Of a stretch of DNA of 64,000 nt, positions 1 through 10,919 are shown piece after piece. The first letter of the stretch is position 1. The number at the start of each line of letters is the position of its first letter. Origin of the DNA: Oligoflexales bacterium (GTDB taxonomy: Bacteria; Bdellovibrionota_B; Oligoflexia; Oligoflexales; JAPPIL01); the NCBI GenBank assembly GCA_965215515.1, contig OZ244057.1, positions 1,952,001-2,016,000 of the forward strand, written 5' to 3'. The notes beneath the pieces were generated by a model that saw only the letters and a program-made list of their open reading frames with translations, had not been told where the DNA came from and searched no databases. Made by a program: the position numbers and the translations under genes.

Positions 1-537
1 CTGCATCGTCCAGATGGGGAGTTCACGATGGCGCAGCCCCTCGCAGGCGATGTCTGCGCTGTGCGCAAAAACCTCGAAGCCATCAGGAACAGCAGTAACA
101 ACCTCGTTGTGCGAGATGACGATCTCCTGCTGGCGTGCGGTAATGCCGAGTCGCGCGTCTGCCAGCACCTCGATGCTACGCAAACCCGACTCCCTCTTAC
201 GATCGGGATGCAGGAAAGCCACCTTGCCACCAAAAACCGCGGCGAGCAGCTGATGGCCATAACATATACCCAACAGAGGTCGCTGCCGTTCGCAAAAACG
301 TCGCAACCATGTGGTAAAAAGCTCCTGGTAGGGACAAGGTGAGTTGATACTGCTGTTACTGCCGAGCACAATCGCCCCCGCGATCCTGTCCTGATCGAGA
401 GAAAGTAACGACGTGATGCCGTGCAAGAAAGGCAAGTGGTAGGTGAGCGGCAAAGGCGACAGCATCGCCATCTCATTGAAGCCAGTCGTCGCGGGAGAGC
501 TGACCGCAGGGTCGATTACCGCTACACAAGTAGACAT
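1..537 (-). CDS. Class I glutamine amidotransferase (GMP-synthase-like GATase), runs off the window end
   Basis: Manual translation of the minus strand from ATG 537: MSTCVAVIDP...AIVLGS...PLLGICYGHQLLAAVFGGKV...SHNEVVTAVPDGF...PIWTMQ. GICYGHQ is the nucleophile elbow. Missing from the ORF track because the stop is outside the window. Confidence 0.85.
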   Translation of the reverse strand, partial: MSTCVAVIDPAVSSPATTGFNEMAMLSPLPLTYHLPFLHGITSLLSLDQDRIAGAIVLGSNSSINSPCPYQELFTTWLRRFCERQRPLLGICYGHQLLAAVFGGKVAFLHPDRKRESGLRSIEVLADARLGITARQQEIVISHNEVVTAVPDGFEVFAHSADIACEGLRHRELPIWTMQ

Positions 538-538
538 A

Positions 539-805
539 TCACCCGTCTCGTGGAACACGGTGAAAATTATCCCGCCAAGCACACTCGTTAAGCAGTTGAG
601 TACTGAAAGAGGTAACTTTGGTGAGGTTTTCCTCCCGCAAAAAACTCACCTTCTCACCCGCAGTGGAAGTGAAAATAACTACCTGACAATGCGGACAACG
701 CAGTTTCACAGGAGCTGAGTCTGCATACTCCTCGTCATCATCACAGGCGAGATGAAAGCGGCGCATGCATACTGGGTTGTCGACGATAATTTTGCGGTAA
801 ACCAC
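539..805 (-). CDS. Small hypothetical protein with a CPHC motif (possible metal binding)
   Basis: 88-aa ORF with GAGGT RBS upstream; its stop lies 1 nt before the GATase ATG. Confidence 0.6.
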   Translation of the reverse strand: MVYRKIIVDNPVCMRRFHLACDDDEEYADSAPVKLRCPHCQVVIFTSTAGEKVSFLREENLTKVTSFSTQLLNECAWRDNFHRVPRDG

Positions 806-934
806 GCGCCCCGTACCTCAAGTTGAACTTGCAACTGACATCAACCACAAGTATAACCCCTGTGCCTCGCGCTTGACAACAAGATTTGACCTGTCGTGCG
901 GTAGACGAAGGTGAATTTAAATGGAGGTGTGGTG

Positions 935-1276
935 ATGGCTGATTCGGTTTTTGATCAGATTATCCGCAAGGAACTGCCTGCGGAAATAATTCACGAGGAC
1001 GATGACATTCTTGCTTTCGGAGACAGCAAAGCCCAAGCACCCGTGCACGTGTTGGTCATTCCCAAGGAGAAACGCGTGTCCTTCGGCGATTTCCAACAGG
1101 GCAACCCCGCTGCAATCGGTCGCTACATCCAGGGGATTGCACGGGTGGCACAAAAACTGGCGGGCGGGAATGGCTATCGCGTCGTCTTCAACGTCGGCAA
1201 ACACGGGCAGCAAAGCGTCGACTATGTTCACGCCCACATTCTCGGTGGCAAGCAACTAGGCTGGCCACCAGGTTGA
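935..1276 (+). CDS. HIT-family nucleotide-binding protein (HinT-like)
   Basis: DSVFDQII...PQAPVHVLVIPK-like and GYRVVFN.G..GQQSVDYVHAHILGG..LGWPPG; GGAGG RBS before ATG 935. Confidence 0.92.
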   Translation: MADSVFDQIIRKELPAEIIHEDDDILAFGDSKAQAPVHVLVIPKEKRVSFGDFQQGNPAAIGRYIQGIARVAQKLAGGNGYRVVFNVGKHGQQSVDYVHAHILGGKQLGWPPG

Positions 1277-2343
1277 TGGCGGTCGATTTTACCCGCCCCG
1301 TGCTACTGCAAGCGCTTAACGCCTTGCCCTTGGCACGTACGCCGTGGGCCGGGCGAGACATCTATCCCCTGCTGTGCGCCCCTTTGCCCGCAGGTGAGGT
1401 CGCACCGCGGCTCGGCGAGTGTTGGGAATTTTCCTGTGACCCACAGCACCCCTCCCGTCTGGCCAGCACGCAGATGCGTCTCGACACCACCATCGCGGCA
1501 CACCCGCGCGCTGCCCTGTCGGCAGCACACGTGGCGCAGCGCGGTCACTACTGTCAACTGGTGGTGAAACTGCTTAACGCGGCCCGCCCCCTGTCGGTGC
1601 AGCTGCATCCCCCTCTCCAGCCTGAAGCACCGCGGGCAGGGAAGTGGGAATCGTGGTTGGTACTCGCCGCAGCAGCCGACAGCAAGGCCTACGTTGGTTT
1701 TGAGCACGAGTTGAGCAGAGCACAGCTGCGCGCCAAAATTCGCACAGGCACGTTAGCTGAACACCTCGCGAGCATCGCACTGCATCAGGGCAGTTACCTC
1801 GAAATTCCCCCCTGCACCGTGCACGCTCTCGACGCAGGCACAGTCGTGTTGGAGGTGCAGCACCTGTTGCAAGGTCGCGGCGGTGAAACCCTGCGCCTCT
1901 GGGATTGGGGACACAAGTATAACGAAGCGGGCGAACTTGACCTGCAACACGGGACACCCCGCCCTCTCGACCTCGCCCGTGCTCTGTCCTGGGTCGAGCC
2001 CGCGGCGCAAACACGAGACACACTGCACGGACGTATCCTGCCAGCCGCCCAAGCTTTCTTCGTCAAAAAAAATGGCATAGAAATTTTGCAACGGAGCGAC
2101 AATCCTTACTATCGTCTGTTCACAGTGCACAGTAAGCAACGCACCGTGTTTAACCTCAGCCTCACCGATGGCTATGGTATCATGTTATGTTGGCAAGGTA
2201 GGTGGCAGTTGGGACAAACAAAAATTACGGGCTATCAACCGTTGTTTTTGCCCGCTGAACTCAGCACAATAGAGATCGTAAGCAGCAAGGACAGCACAGC
2301 GGTGCTGGTTGTCCCACACGGAACGCAAGTTGGATGTCAATAA
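1276..2343 (+). CDS. Class I mannose-6-phosphate isomerase-like cupin protein
   Basis: TPWAG, GECWEFS, LVVKLLNA..PLSVQLHP, GKWESW, IPPCTVHAL, EVQ, LRLWDW; TGATG overlap with the HIT gene. Confidence 0.85.
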   Translation: MAVDFTRPVLLQALNALPLARTPWAGRDIYPLLCAPLPAGEVAPRLGECWEFSCDPQHPSRLASTQMRLDTTIAAHPRAALSAAHVAQRGHYCQLVVKLLNAARPLSVQLHPPLQPEAPRAGKWESWLVLAAAADSKAYVGFEHELSRAQLRAKIRTGTLAEHLASIALHQGSYLEIPPCTVHALDAGTVVLEVQHLLQGRGGETLRLWDWGHKYNEAGELDLQHGTPRPLDLARALSWVEPAAQTRDTLHGRILPAAQAFFVKKNGIEILQRSDNPYYRLFTVHSKQRTVFNLSLTDGYGIMLCWQGRWQLGQTKITGYQPLFLPAELSTIEIVSSKDSTAVLVVPHGTQVGCQ

Positions 2344-2358
2344 CGGCAGGAGATACAG

Positions 2359-3466
2359 GTGGAATTAGACGCGATTGTCGCGGAGTTTGCTCGTCTGCAA
2401 GAAAAATTTTCGCAGCTGCGGGGGTTTCTTTGACGTTGACAGCAAACGGGTGCGTTTACAGCAGTTGGAAGAACAACTAGCCAGCTTATGGGACAGACCC
2501 CAACAGGCCACACCGCTTGCGAAAGAAAAAAAAACGCTGGAGAATTTCTGCGCGGCGTTGCAGCGGCTCGCTAGCTTGTGCGGTGATTTGGCTGCCGCAT
2601 GTGAGTTGGCCACCGAAGGCGAAGAGTTTCGTCGCGAAGCAGAGCAGTTGTTGCAAGATTTTAGTTGTGCTTTGAACGCCCTAGAAGTGGAGAGTTTGCT
2701 GAGCGGCAAGCTCGACAACAGTGCGGCTCTCGTCACCATCAATGCAGGGGCGGGGGGCACGGAGTCTTGCGACTGGGTAGCGATGCTGCTGCGCATGTAT
2801 CTGCGCTTTGCGGAAAACAAAGAAGGGTTCAGATGCGAAATTTTTGATCAACTCGACGGCGATGAAGCGGGAGTCAAGAACGTCACCTTTGAAGTCCGTG
2901 GCGAGTACGCCTACGGTCTGCTGAAAGCAGAAATAGGCGTGCATCGTCTCGTGCGTATCAGTCCTTTCGATGCGGGGGCGCGTCGTCATACGAGTTTTGC
3001 TTCGGTCTACGTCTCGCCTGTGGTGGAAGACGACATCGAGGTGGCAATCGACACCGCCGCTTTGCGTATCGACACCTACCGTGCCAGCGGGGCAGGGGGA
3101 CAGCATGTGAACAAAACCGACTCCGCAGTACGCATTACCCACATCCCTACAGGGGTGGTGGTGCAAAGCCAGACGCAGCGTTCCCAGCACCAAAACCGTG
3201 AGCAAGCGATGAAAATTCTCAAGAGCCGCCTCTACGAACGCCAACTTGCTGAGCGCAAAAAACAAGCTGAACAGGAAGAAAACCAAAAAAGCAGCATCGC
3301 CTGGGGTAGCCAGATAAGGAGTTACATTCTGCACCCTTACAAGATGGTCAAAGATCATCGCACCGCCCTCGAACATCACAATCCTGAACGCGTCCTCGAT
3401 GGAAGCATCGAAAAATTTATCCATACCTTCTTGCTAAAAAGTATAAAAAACGTTACCGCCCGATAA
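2359..3466 (+). CDS. prfB: Peptide chain release factor 2 with programmed +1 frameshift
   Basis: GTG 2359 after AGGAG; frame 0 reads VELDAIVAEFARLQEKFSQLRGFL then CTT TGA C at 2428-2434; the +1 frame carries the SPF and GGQ motifs. Confidence 0.97.
2419..2434 (+). promoter_or_regulatory. prfB +1 frameshift site (internal SD-like run plus CTT TGA C)
   Basis: CGG GGG TTT CTT TGA C matches the canonical AGG GGG TAT CTT TGA C layout. Confidence 0.93.
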
Positions 3467-3500
3467 CATGAGAGATCAGTCAATCGTTGCATCGCTGACA

Positions 3501-4571
3501 ATGCGGAAGAAGCTCGTGTTGCTGCTTGCCCTGTTGACGCTAAGCGCAGGTGGCGGCACAAGCCTCCGTGCCTCTTCGCCTCTCAAACAGGGGTTAGGGG
3601 CACGGCTGGTGTCGCCGTTCAAGAAAACCATCGCCACCGTCGTGCTAAGCTTAACCCTAGCGACAGGGGCGTACCGAGTGACCACGACAGAAGAGCAGGC
3701 GGTTGCGGTCAAGATAATCGCCCCTGGTTTTGTCGTGCCGCCGCGTAAGCTACGCTATCGCATAGAACAGCTGCGGCAACAGGGTTTCGACGCTTCTTTC
3801 GCCTACCCTGAGGATAGGAGTGTTGCGGAGAGAGCTGCCGCACTGGTCGCGGCCTTGTCCGACCCCAGCTGCGAAAACCTCGTCTGTGCCCGCGGCGGTT
3901 TTGGCACGTCCGATCTATTGCCTCACATCCCTTATGAAGATCTGACCGTGCACAAACGTGTGATCGGCTATTCCGATATCTCGTCTCTGCTCAGTGCTCT
4001 GTGGACTAAAAAACAGTTCGTCGGTATCAGCGGGCCGATGCCTTGGGCGGTGACCTGGCGTTCTGGCACGGAAGAGATGCGGGTACTGTTGGGCATAATG
4101 CGCGGCGAAATTACCACAGGCAGTATCCCTGTCCGCTTACAGAAAAAACCCGACATCGTCGTCATAGAGGAAGAAGAGAGCATCACAGGAACGCTATACG
4201 GTGGTGATATGTCTGTCTTGACCAACCTCATAGGTACTCCCTATATGCCCGAGTCACTGCAAGGCTACCTTCTGTTCTTTGAGGGCTTGTCTGAAAACAC
4301 CTTCCGCGTTATCCGCTATCTCAATCAATGGCAGCAGAGTGGCATGCTCGACGATGTGCAGGCCATCGTGCTAGGTAGGTTTGACAAACTCGACGGCAAA
4401 ATGTCCGACTTGTATGCTAAGTTTGCCGCGCGAGTCAGTTGTCCTGTCTATACCACCAGTGCTTTTGGGCATCTGCGCCCTCTTTATCCCCTTCCCGTGG
4501 GAGGGCAGGGACGCATTGCGGACGGCAAACTGATTTGGGAACTGCCGACACATGAACGCACCGACGATTAA
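3501..4571 (+). CDS. LD-carboxypeptidase (peptidase S66) with signal-peptide-like N-terminal extension
   Basis: CARGGFG, IGYSDIS (Ser), GTLYGGD, LLFFE (Glu), FGH (His); N-terminus MRKKLVLLLALLTLSAG. Confidence 0.88.
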   Translation: MRKKLVLLLALLTLSAGGGTSLRASSPLKQGLGARLVSPFKKTIATVVLSLTLATGAYRVTTTEEQAVAVKIIAPGFVVPPRKLRYRIEQLRQQGFDASFAYPEDRSVAERAAALVAALSDPSCENLVCARGGFGTSDLLPHIPYEDLTVHKRVIGYSDISSLLSALWTKKQFVGISGPMPWAVTWRSGTEEMRVLLGIMRGEITTGSIPVRLQKKPDIVVIEEEESITGTLYGGDMSVLTNLIGTPYMPESLQGYLLFFEGLSENTFRVIRYLNQWQQSGMLDDVQAIVLGRFDKLDGKMSDLYAKFAARVSCPVYTTSAFGHLRPLYPLPVGGQGRIADGKLIWELPTHERTDD

Positions 4572-4633
4572 CAGATGATGCCGAGAACAGTCCTTGTCTA
4601 GAAACGTCTACAGCTGGGCGGGAAAGCGACGCG

Positions 4634-5473
4634 ATGCCTGAACTGCCTGAAGTTGAGTGTCTCGTGCGCGGCTTGCGTGCCCGCGTGCTAGGCTGGCGCA
4701 CGCAGCGCGTCGAGTTCCGTCGCACCAGTTTGCGCGAGCCGCTCGACCGCACGGCGATCACGACCGCGGTGCACGGCCGTGCCTTTGCCGCTGTCGTGCG
4801 CCGTGGCAAGTATCTGCTACTCAGCTGCCGTGGGGGACAGGGTGTGATCGCTCATCTCGGCATGACAGGCAATTTTATTCTCTCGCCTCAAGCACAACCC
4901 TTGAGCAAACATGCTCACGTTATCTTTCATCTCACATATGGCGGACAGTGTGCCTCATTGCAGTTTATCGACCCGCGTCGTTTCGGCCGTCTCGCGGCTT
5001 TCGCCTCCTCGCCTGCCGCGCACCCTTGGCTGCGGCGACTGGGGGTAGAACCCTTGTGCCACAAGTATCTTGCTCGTTATCTGTGGCAGCAGAGCCGTCA
5101 GAGACGTGTGCCGATCAAAAACTTTATCATGCAGGCTGACATCGTCGTGGGTATCGGCAATATCTATGCTTCCGAAAGCCTGCACGCCGCGCACCTCTTC
5201 CCCTTCGCTCCCGCGGGGGAACTCAGTTACGCTGATTATCAACGCTTGGCACGTGCTCTGAAAAAAATTCTGCGTCGGGCGATCGCCGCGGGCGGCACGT
5301 CGTTTCGCGACTACCGTGATCTGGGTGGCGAGCCAGGCTACTTCACTGTCAGTCTTGCCGTCTATGGCAAACGCAACCAGCCTTGCCCGCGGTGCCGAAC
5401 ACCTATCGTCGCACCGCGCCGCAGCGGGCGCAGCACTTTCTTCTGTCCTACGTGTGCTAAATATCCTGCCTAG
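4634..5473 (+). CDS. mutM: Formamidopyrimidine-DNA glycosylase
   Basis: MPELPEVE, RRGKYL, HLGMTG, DPRRFG, GIGNIYASE, C-terminal CPRC...CPTC zinc finger. Confidence 0.97.
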   Translation: MPELPEVECLVRGLRARVLGWRTQRVEFRRTSLREPLDRTAITTAVHGRAFAAVVRRGKYLLLSCRGGQGVIAHLGMTGNFILSPQAQPLSKHAHVIFHLTYGGQCASLQFIDPRRFGRLAAFASSPAAHPWLRRLGVEPLCHKYLARYLWQQSRQRRVPIKNFIMQADIVVGIGNIYASESLHAAHLFPFAPAGELSYADYQRLARALKKILRRAIAAGGTSFRDYRDLGGEPGYFTVSLAVYGKRNQPCPRCRTPIVAPRRSGRSTFFCPTCAKYPA

Positions 5474-5628
5474 TTGTCTTCGCGAAAAGATTGTGAGACA
5501 GATATTTTTACGGTACAACTCATTGCTTTCATTTATTTTTATACGTAGAATTGATCATAACTAAACTTTCTATCAATTTATCCGAGTAGGTAGAGTAAGA
5601 GTTGCTAATTTTATTTGGGGATTGTGCC

Positions 5629-6801
5629 ATGTGTAGGGGGCTTTTGTGTGTTGCGGCGGGATTTTTTTTCGGTTTCGTGTCTGCCTGTGGTGATTTAAGT
5701 GAGATCGATGACGACCGTATACGTAACTTCGTGAAGACAGCCAAGAGGGTGATATTCGATGAGCTGTTGACCGATGGCAACACGGAGGATGAGATCGATG
5801 ACAAGATGAATGTCATTGTCGAGGCTTTGGAGCAGGATGAAGAGGGGGGAAACGGTGATCAGGTGTCGGAGGCGCATCGTTGTCGTGAAACGGGGCGCAA
5901 AACGGCGGTTATGTTTCGTGACCCTGCGGGGCATCTCCTTGATTACTTTAATGATCCCAGTGGATTTACGTGCAGCAGCACCGATGCCGACAGTACCGAG
6001 TGTAGCGATGGCGATGATGTCTGTGCATGTGATACCGACGATACGCTGAATCCTGCGGGTAGCACGAAATTTGCGGTAACTTGCACGGAAAGCGATGGCA
6101 GTGGCGTAACGTTTGACTTTTCTGATGCCGAAACTTTGGTTTATGACGCACCTCCGAGCAGCAGTGCCTACAGTATCATGGAACGCAATCAAAATGAGAA
6201 AGCTCCAGGCGTTGTTTTCCCCATAACTGTTGTCGATAGCAACGGGGTGACGGTGACCCCTACGGATGAGGCTTCGTTAGCGGTGTATGATAGTGATGGT
6301 GATGAGGTAGATGGCGCACTTGCCACGTGGAAGACGGCGGTCGGTGATGATATCTACGATCTCAGTGCCGCCGCGGGTGACAGTGCTAGTTTCGAGGTGT
6401 TTTTGGTGCGTGACACCGCGGGGGTGGCAGAAATCGGCGGCACGGTGGATGGCACTGCGATCGCGCCCGTGACACTGACTGCGGGTGACTATACGGGGGA
6501 GAACGATATTTTGGCGATCGACGATGACGACAAGATCCTTCTGATGTTCAGTGGTGCCGCGTACACTGCGCTCAACACTGCCAGCAAGTTGGTCAGCTAT
6601 GTCGTAACCGATGCTAATGGCGAAGTGCAGGAGAGCGTGCTAGAGCAGACGGTGCAGGGCATTGATGTGCAAGGAGCGAGCGGTAGGACTTTCGCGACGC
6701 TGCGCGCAGGTGGCTGTGTCGTCGGCCACTACGTGCTGGTTAGAATTGGGCGCAATGCGGACAAGGTTTATCTTGTGCGTTGTCAAACTCAATCCCAGTA
6801 A
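5629..6801 (+). CDS. Hypothetical acidic, Cys-containing lipoprotein
   Basis: Signal MCRGLLCVAAGFFFGFVSAC (lipobox VSAC); D/E/T/S-rich, beta-strand-like body. Confidence 0.7.
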   Translation: MCRGLLCVAAGFFFGFVSACGDLSEIDDDRIRNFVKTAKRVIFDELLTDGNTEDEIDDKMNVIVEALEQDEEGGNGDQVSEAHRCRETGRKTAVMFRDPAGHLLDYFNDPSGFTCSSTDADSTECSDGDDVCACDTDDTLNPAGSTKFAVTCTESDGSGVTFDFSDAETLVYDAPPSSSAYSIMERNQNEKAPGVVFPITVVDSNGVTVTPTDEASLAVYDSDGDEVDGALATWKTAVGDDIYDLSAAAGDSASFEVFLVRDTAGVAEIGGTVDGTAIAPVTLTAGDYTGENDILAIDDDDKILLMFSGAAYTALNTASKLVSYVVTDANGEVQESVLEQTVQGIDVQGASGRTFATLRAGGCVVGHYVLVRIGRNADKVYLVRCQTQSQ

Positions 6802-6992
6802 CCTTCTCCTCAACTGACTGACGGGCAAGGGCATAGGGGAAGACAGACAAACGCCGCAAAATCAGGCCTTCTGTCGCCCAAAAAATTAAATTAAGCGCCC
6901 TATCCACGGAACTCGGGATGTGCGTGCTAGCCTAGAAGCTGTTCAAACAAGACGTAACACGGTAGAATAACTGAAGAGGAGGAAATCCAGCC

Positions 6993-7729
6993 GTGACCCG
7001 CGCCATGTGCTTCCTGGGGCAAAGCCTGAAACAGATGGTCACCCCGCCCCTCAGTATCTACCTGTTAGTCAAACAAATGGAGTTTGTCGGTAACCGCAGT
7101 TTCGACATCATCGTCTTCGCAGGTGGTATCGTCGGTGCGGTGTTCGGCCTGCAACTGGGAGAGATCTTTCTCGTCTTCGGAGCTGAATCAATGATCGGTG
7201 CGGCAGCCGCTTTCGCCTTGTCGAAAGAACTTGCCCCCGTCGTCGGCTCGTTTCTAGTCACCGCCCGTGCGGGCTCGGCAATGGCTTCCGAAATTGCCAC
7301 CATGCGTATCAACGAACAAATAGACGCTTTGCAAGTAATGGCGATCAACCCTGTCGGTTACCTCGTCTCCCCCCGTATCCTCGCCTCTGTCATTATTATG
7401 CCGTTTCTGACAGGAGTGTTCATCCTCAGCGGAATCATCGTCTCCTTCCTCGTCGGAGTGTATGTTTTTGATGTTGATGTCGGAGTGTTTTTTGATAACA
7501 TCTCCTGGATCGTCGGACCGCTCGATGTGCGGCAGGGTATGGAGAAGTCCCTGGTTTTCGGTGCGATTTTTTCTTCCGTCGGTTGCTACTGCGGGTTCTA
7601 CGCCCAGGGGGGAGCGAAGGGAGTCGGCAGAGCAACAACCCGTGCCGTAGTCATCTCCCTAGTGGCAATCCTAGTGGTTGATTTTTTCATCAGCTGGCTA
7701 CAACTGCAAGGCAATAGCCCATCTATTCG

Positions 7730-7733
<4 letters not shown>
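6993..7733 (+). CDS. mlaE: MlaE-family lipid ABC transporter permease
   Basis: ELAPV...ARAGSAMASEIATMRINEQIDAL.VMAINP..YLVSPR and GAKGVGRATTRAVV; GAGGAGG RBS. Confidence 0.92.
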
Positions 7734-10159
<2,426 letters not shown>

Positions 10160-10183
10160 ACTGGCGTAGCGGCAAAAAACCTT

Positions 10184-10212
10184 TTGACGAAACGCCCTAC
10201 AGGGATTATACC
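10184..10212 (+). promoter_or_regulatory. Sigma70-like promoter for tRNA-Phe/secG
   Basis: TTGACG-N17-TATACC followed by a GC-rich discriminator. Confidence 0.5.
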
Positions 10213-10224
10213 AGCGGCGGGGTT

Positions 10225-10297
<73 letters not shown>

Positions 10298-10332
10298 CTT
10301 CCGCGACGTTTTGTTCCAGGCAAGGGCGTGCT

Positions 10333-10680
10333 ATGCTTACTTTCGTGATGACCGTGCATGTCACGGCTGCGTTGTTCATCATCTGTGTCGTGCTCCTGCA
10401 AGGCGGCAGTTCGGGAGGACTGGGGGCGGGTTTCGGTGGCGGTAGCGGCAGTTCGCAGAGCATGTTCGGTGCTTCGGGGCCGGTGAGTATGCTAGGCAAG
10501 ATGACCTACGTGTTCGCACTCATCTTCATGGTCACCTCGATCAGTCTTACCATCATGCAAGGCACAAATTACGACATCGGCCTGAAGGAGAAGTTGCAAA
10601 AAGCAAGCGAGAACGAACTCGATAGCGACGCACCACCCGCACCAGACGAGGAGAAACAAGGCACCGCAACACAACCGTGA
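10333..10680 (+). CDS. secG: Preprotein translocase subunit SecG
   Basis: VLLQ.G...GLGAGFGGG...SMFG between two TM helices; followed by tRNA-Leu(GAG) as is common. Confidence 0.93.
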   Translation: MLTFVMTVHVTAALFIICVVLLQGGSSGGLGAGFGGGSGSSQSMFGASGPVSMLGKMTYVFALIFMVTSISLTIMQGTNYDIGLKEKLQKASENELDSDAPPAPDEEKQGTATQP

Positions 10681-10686
10681 CATTGA

Positions 10687-10771
10687 GCTCAGGTGGTGAA
10701 AATGGTAGACACGCCAGCTTGAGGGGCTGGTGACCCGTAGGGTCGTGCTGGTTCAAGTCCAGTCCTGAGCA
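10687..10771 (+). tRNA. tRNA-Leu(GAG)
   Basis: GCTCAGG/CCTGAGC acceptor stem, CCAGC-TTGAGGG-GCTGG anticodon arm, long variable arm. Confidence 0.95.
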
Positions 10772-10919
10772 CTGTGATAGGCATTGCTGGTAAAATGTAA
10801 GTAAGCTCACTAAATTCTGCCAAAACATGCTGATGTACTGGCAGGGTGTTTTTTATTGGGGGTTTGCCCGTGTCGTGCCGATCGGGGGTGTGCGTGGTAA
10901 AGCTTCGACTTGGAGAGAT

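Noticed and set aside
14..342. Plus-strand ORFs of 79 and 104 aa
   Set aside because: Antisense to the GATase gene on the minus strand.
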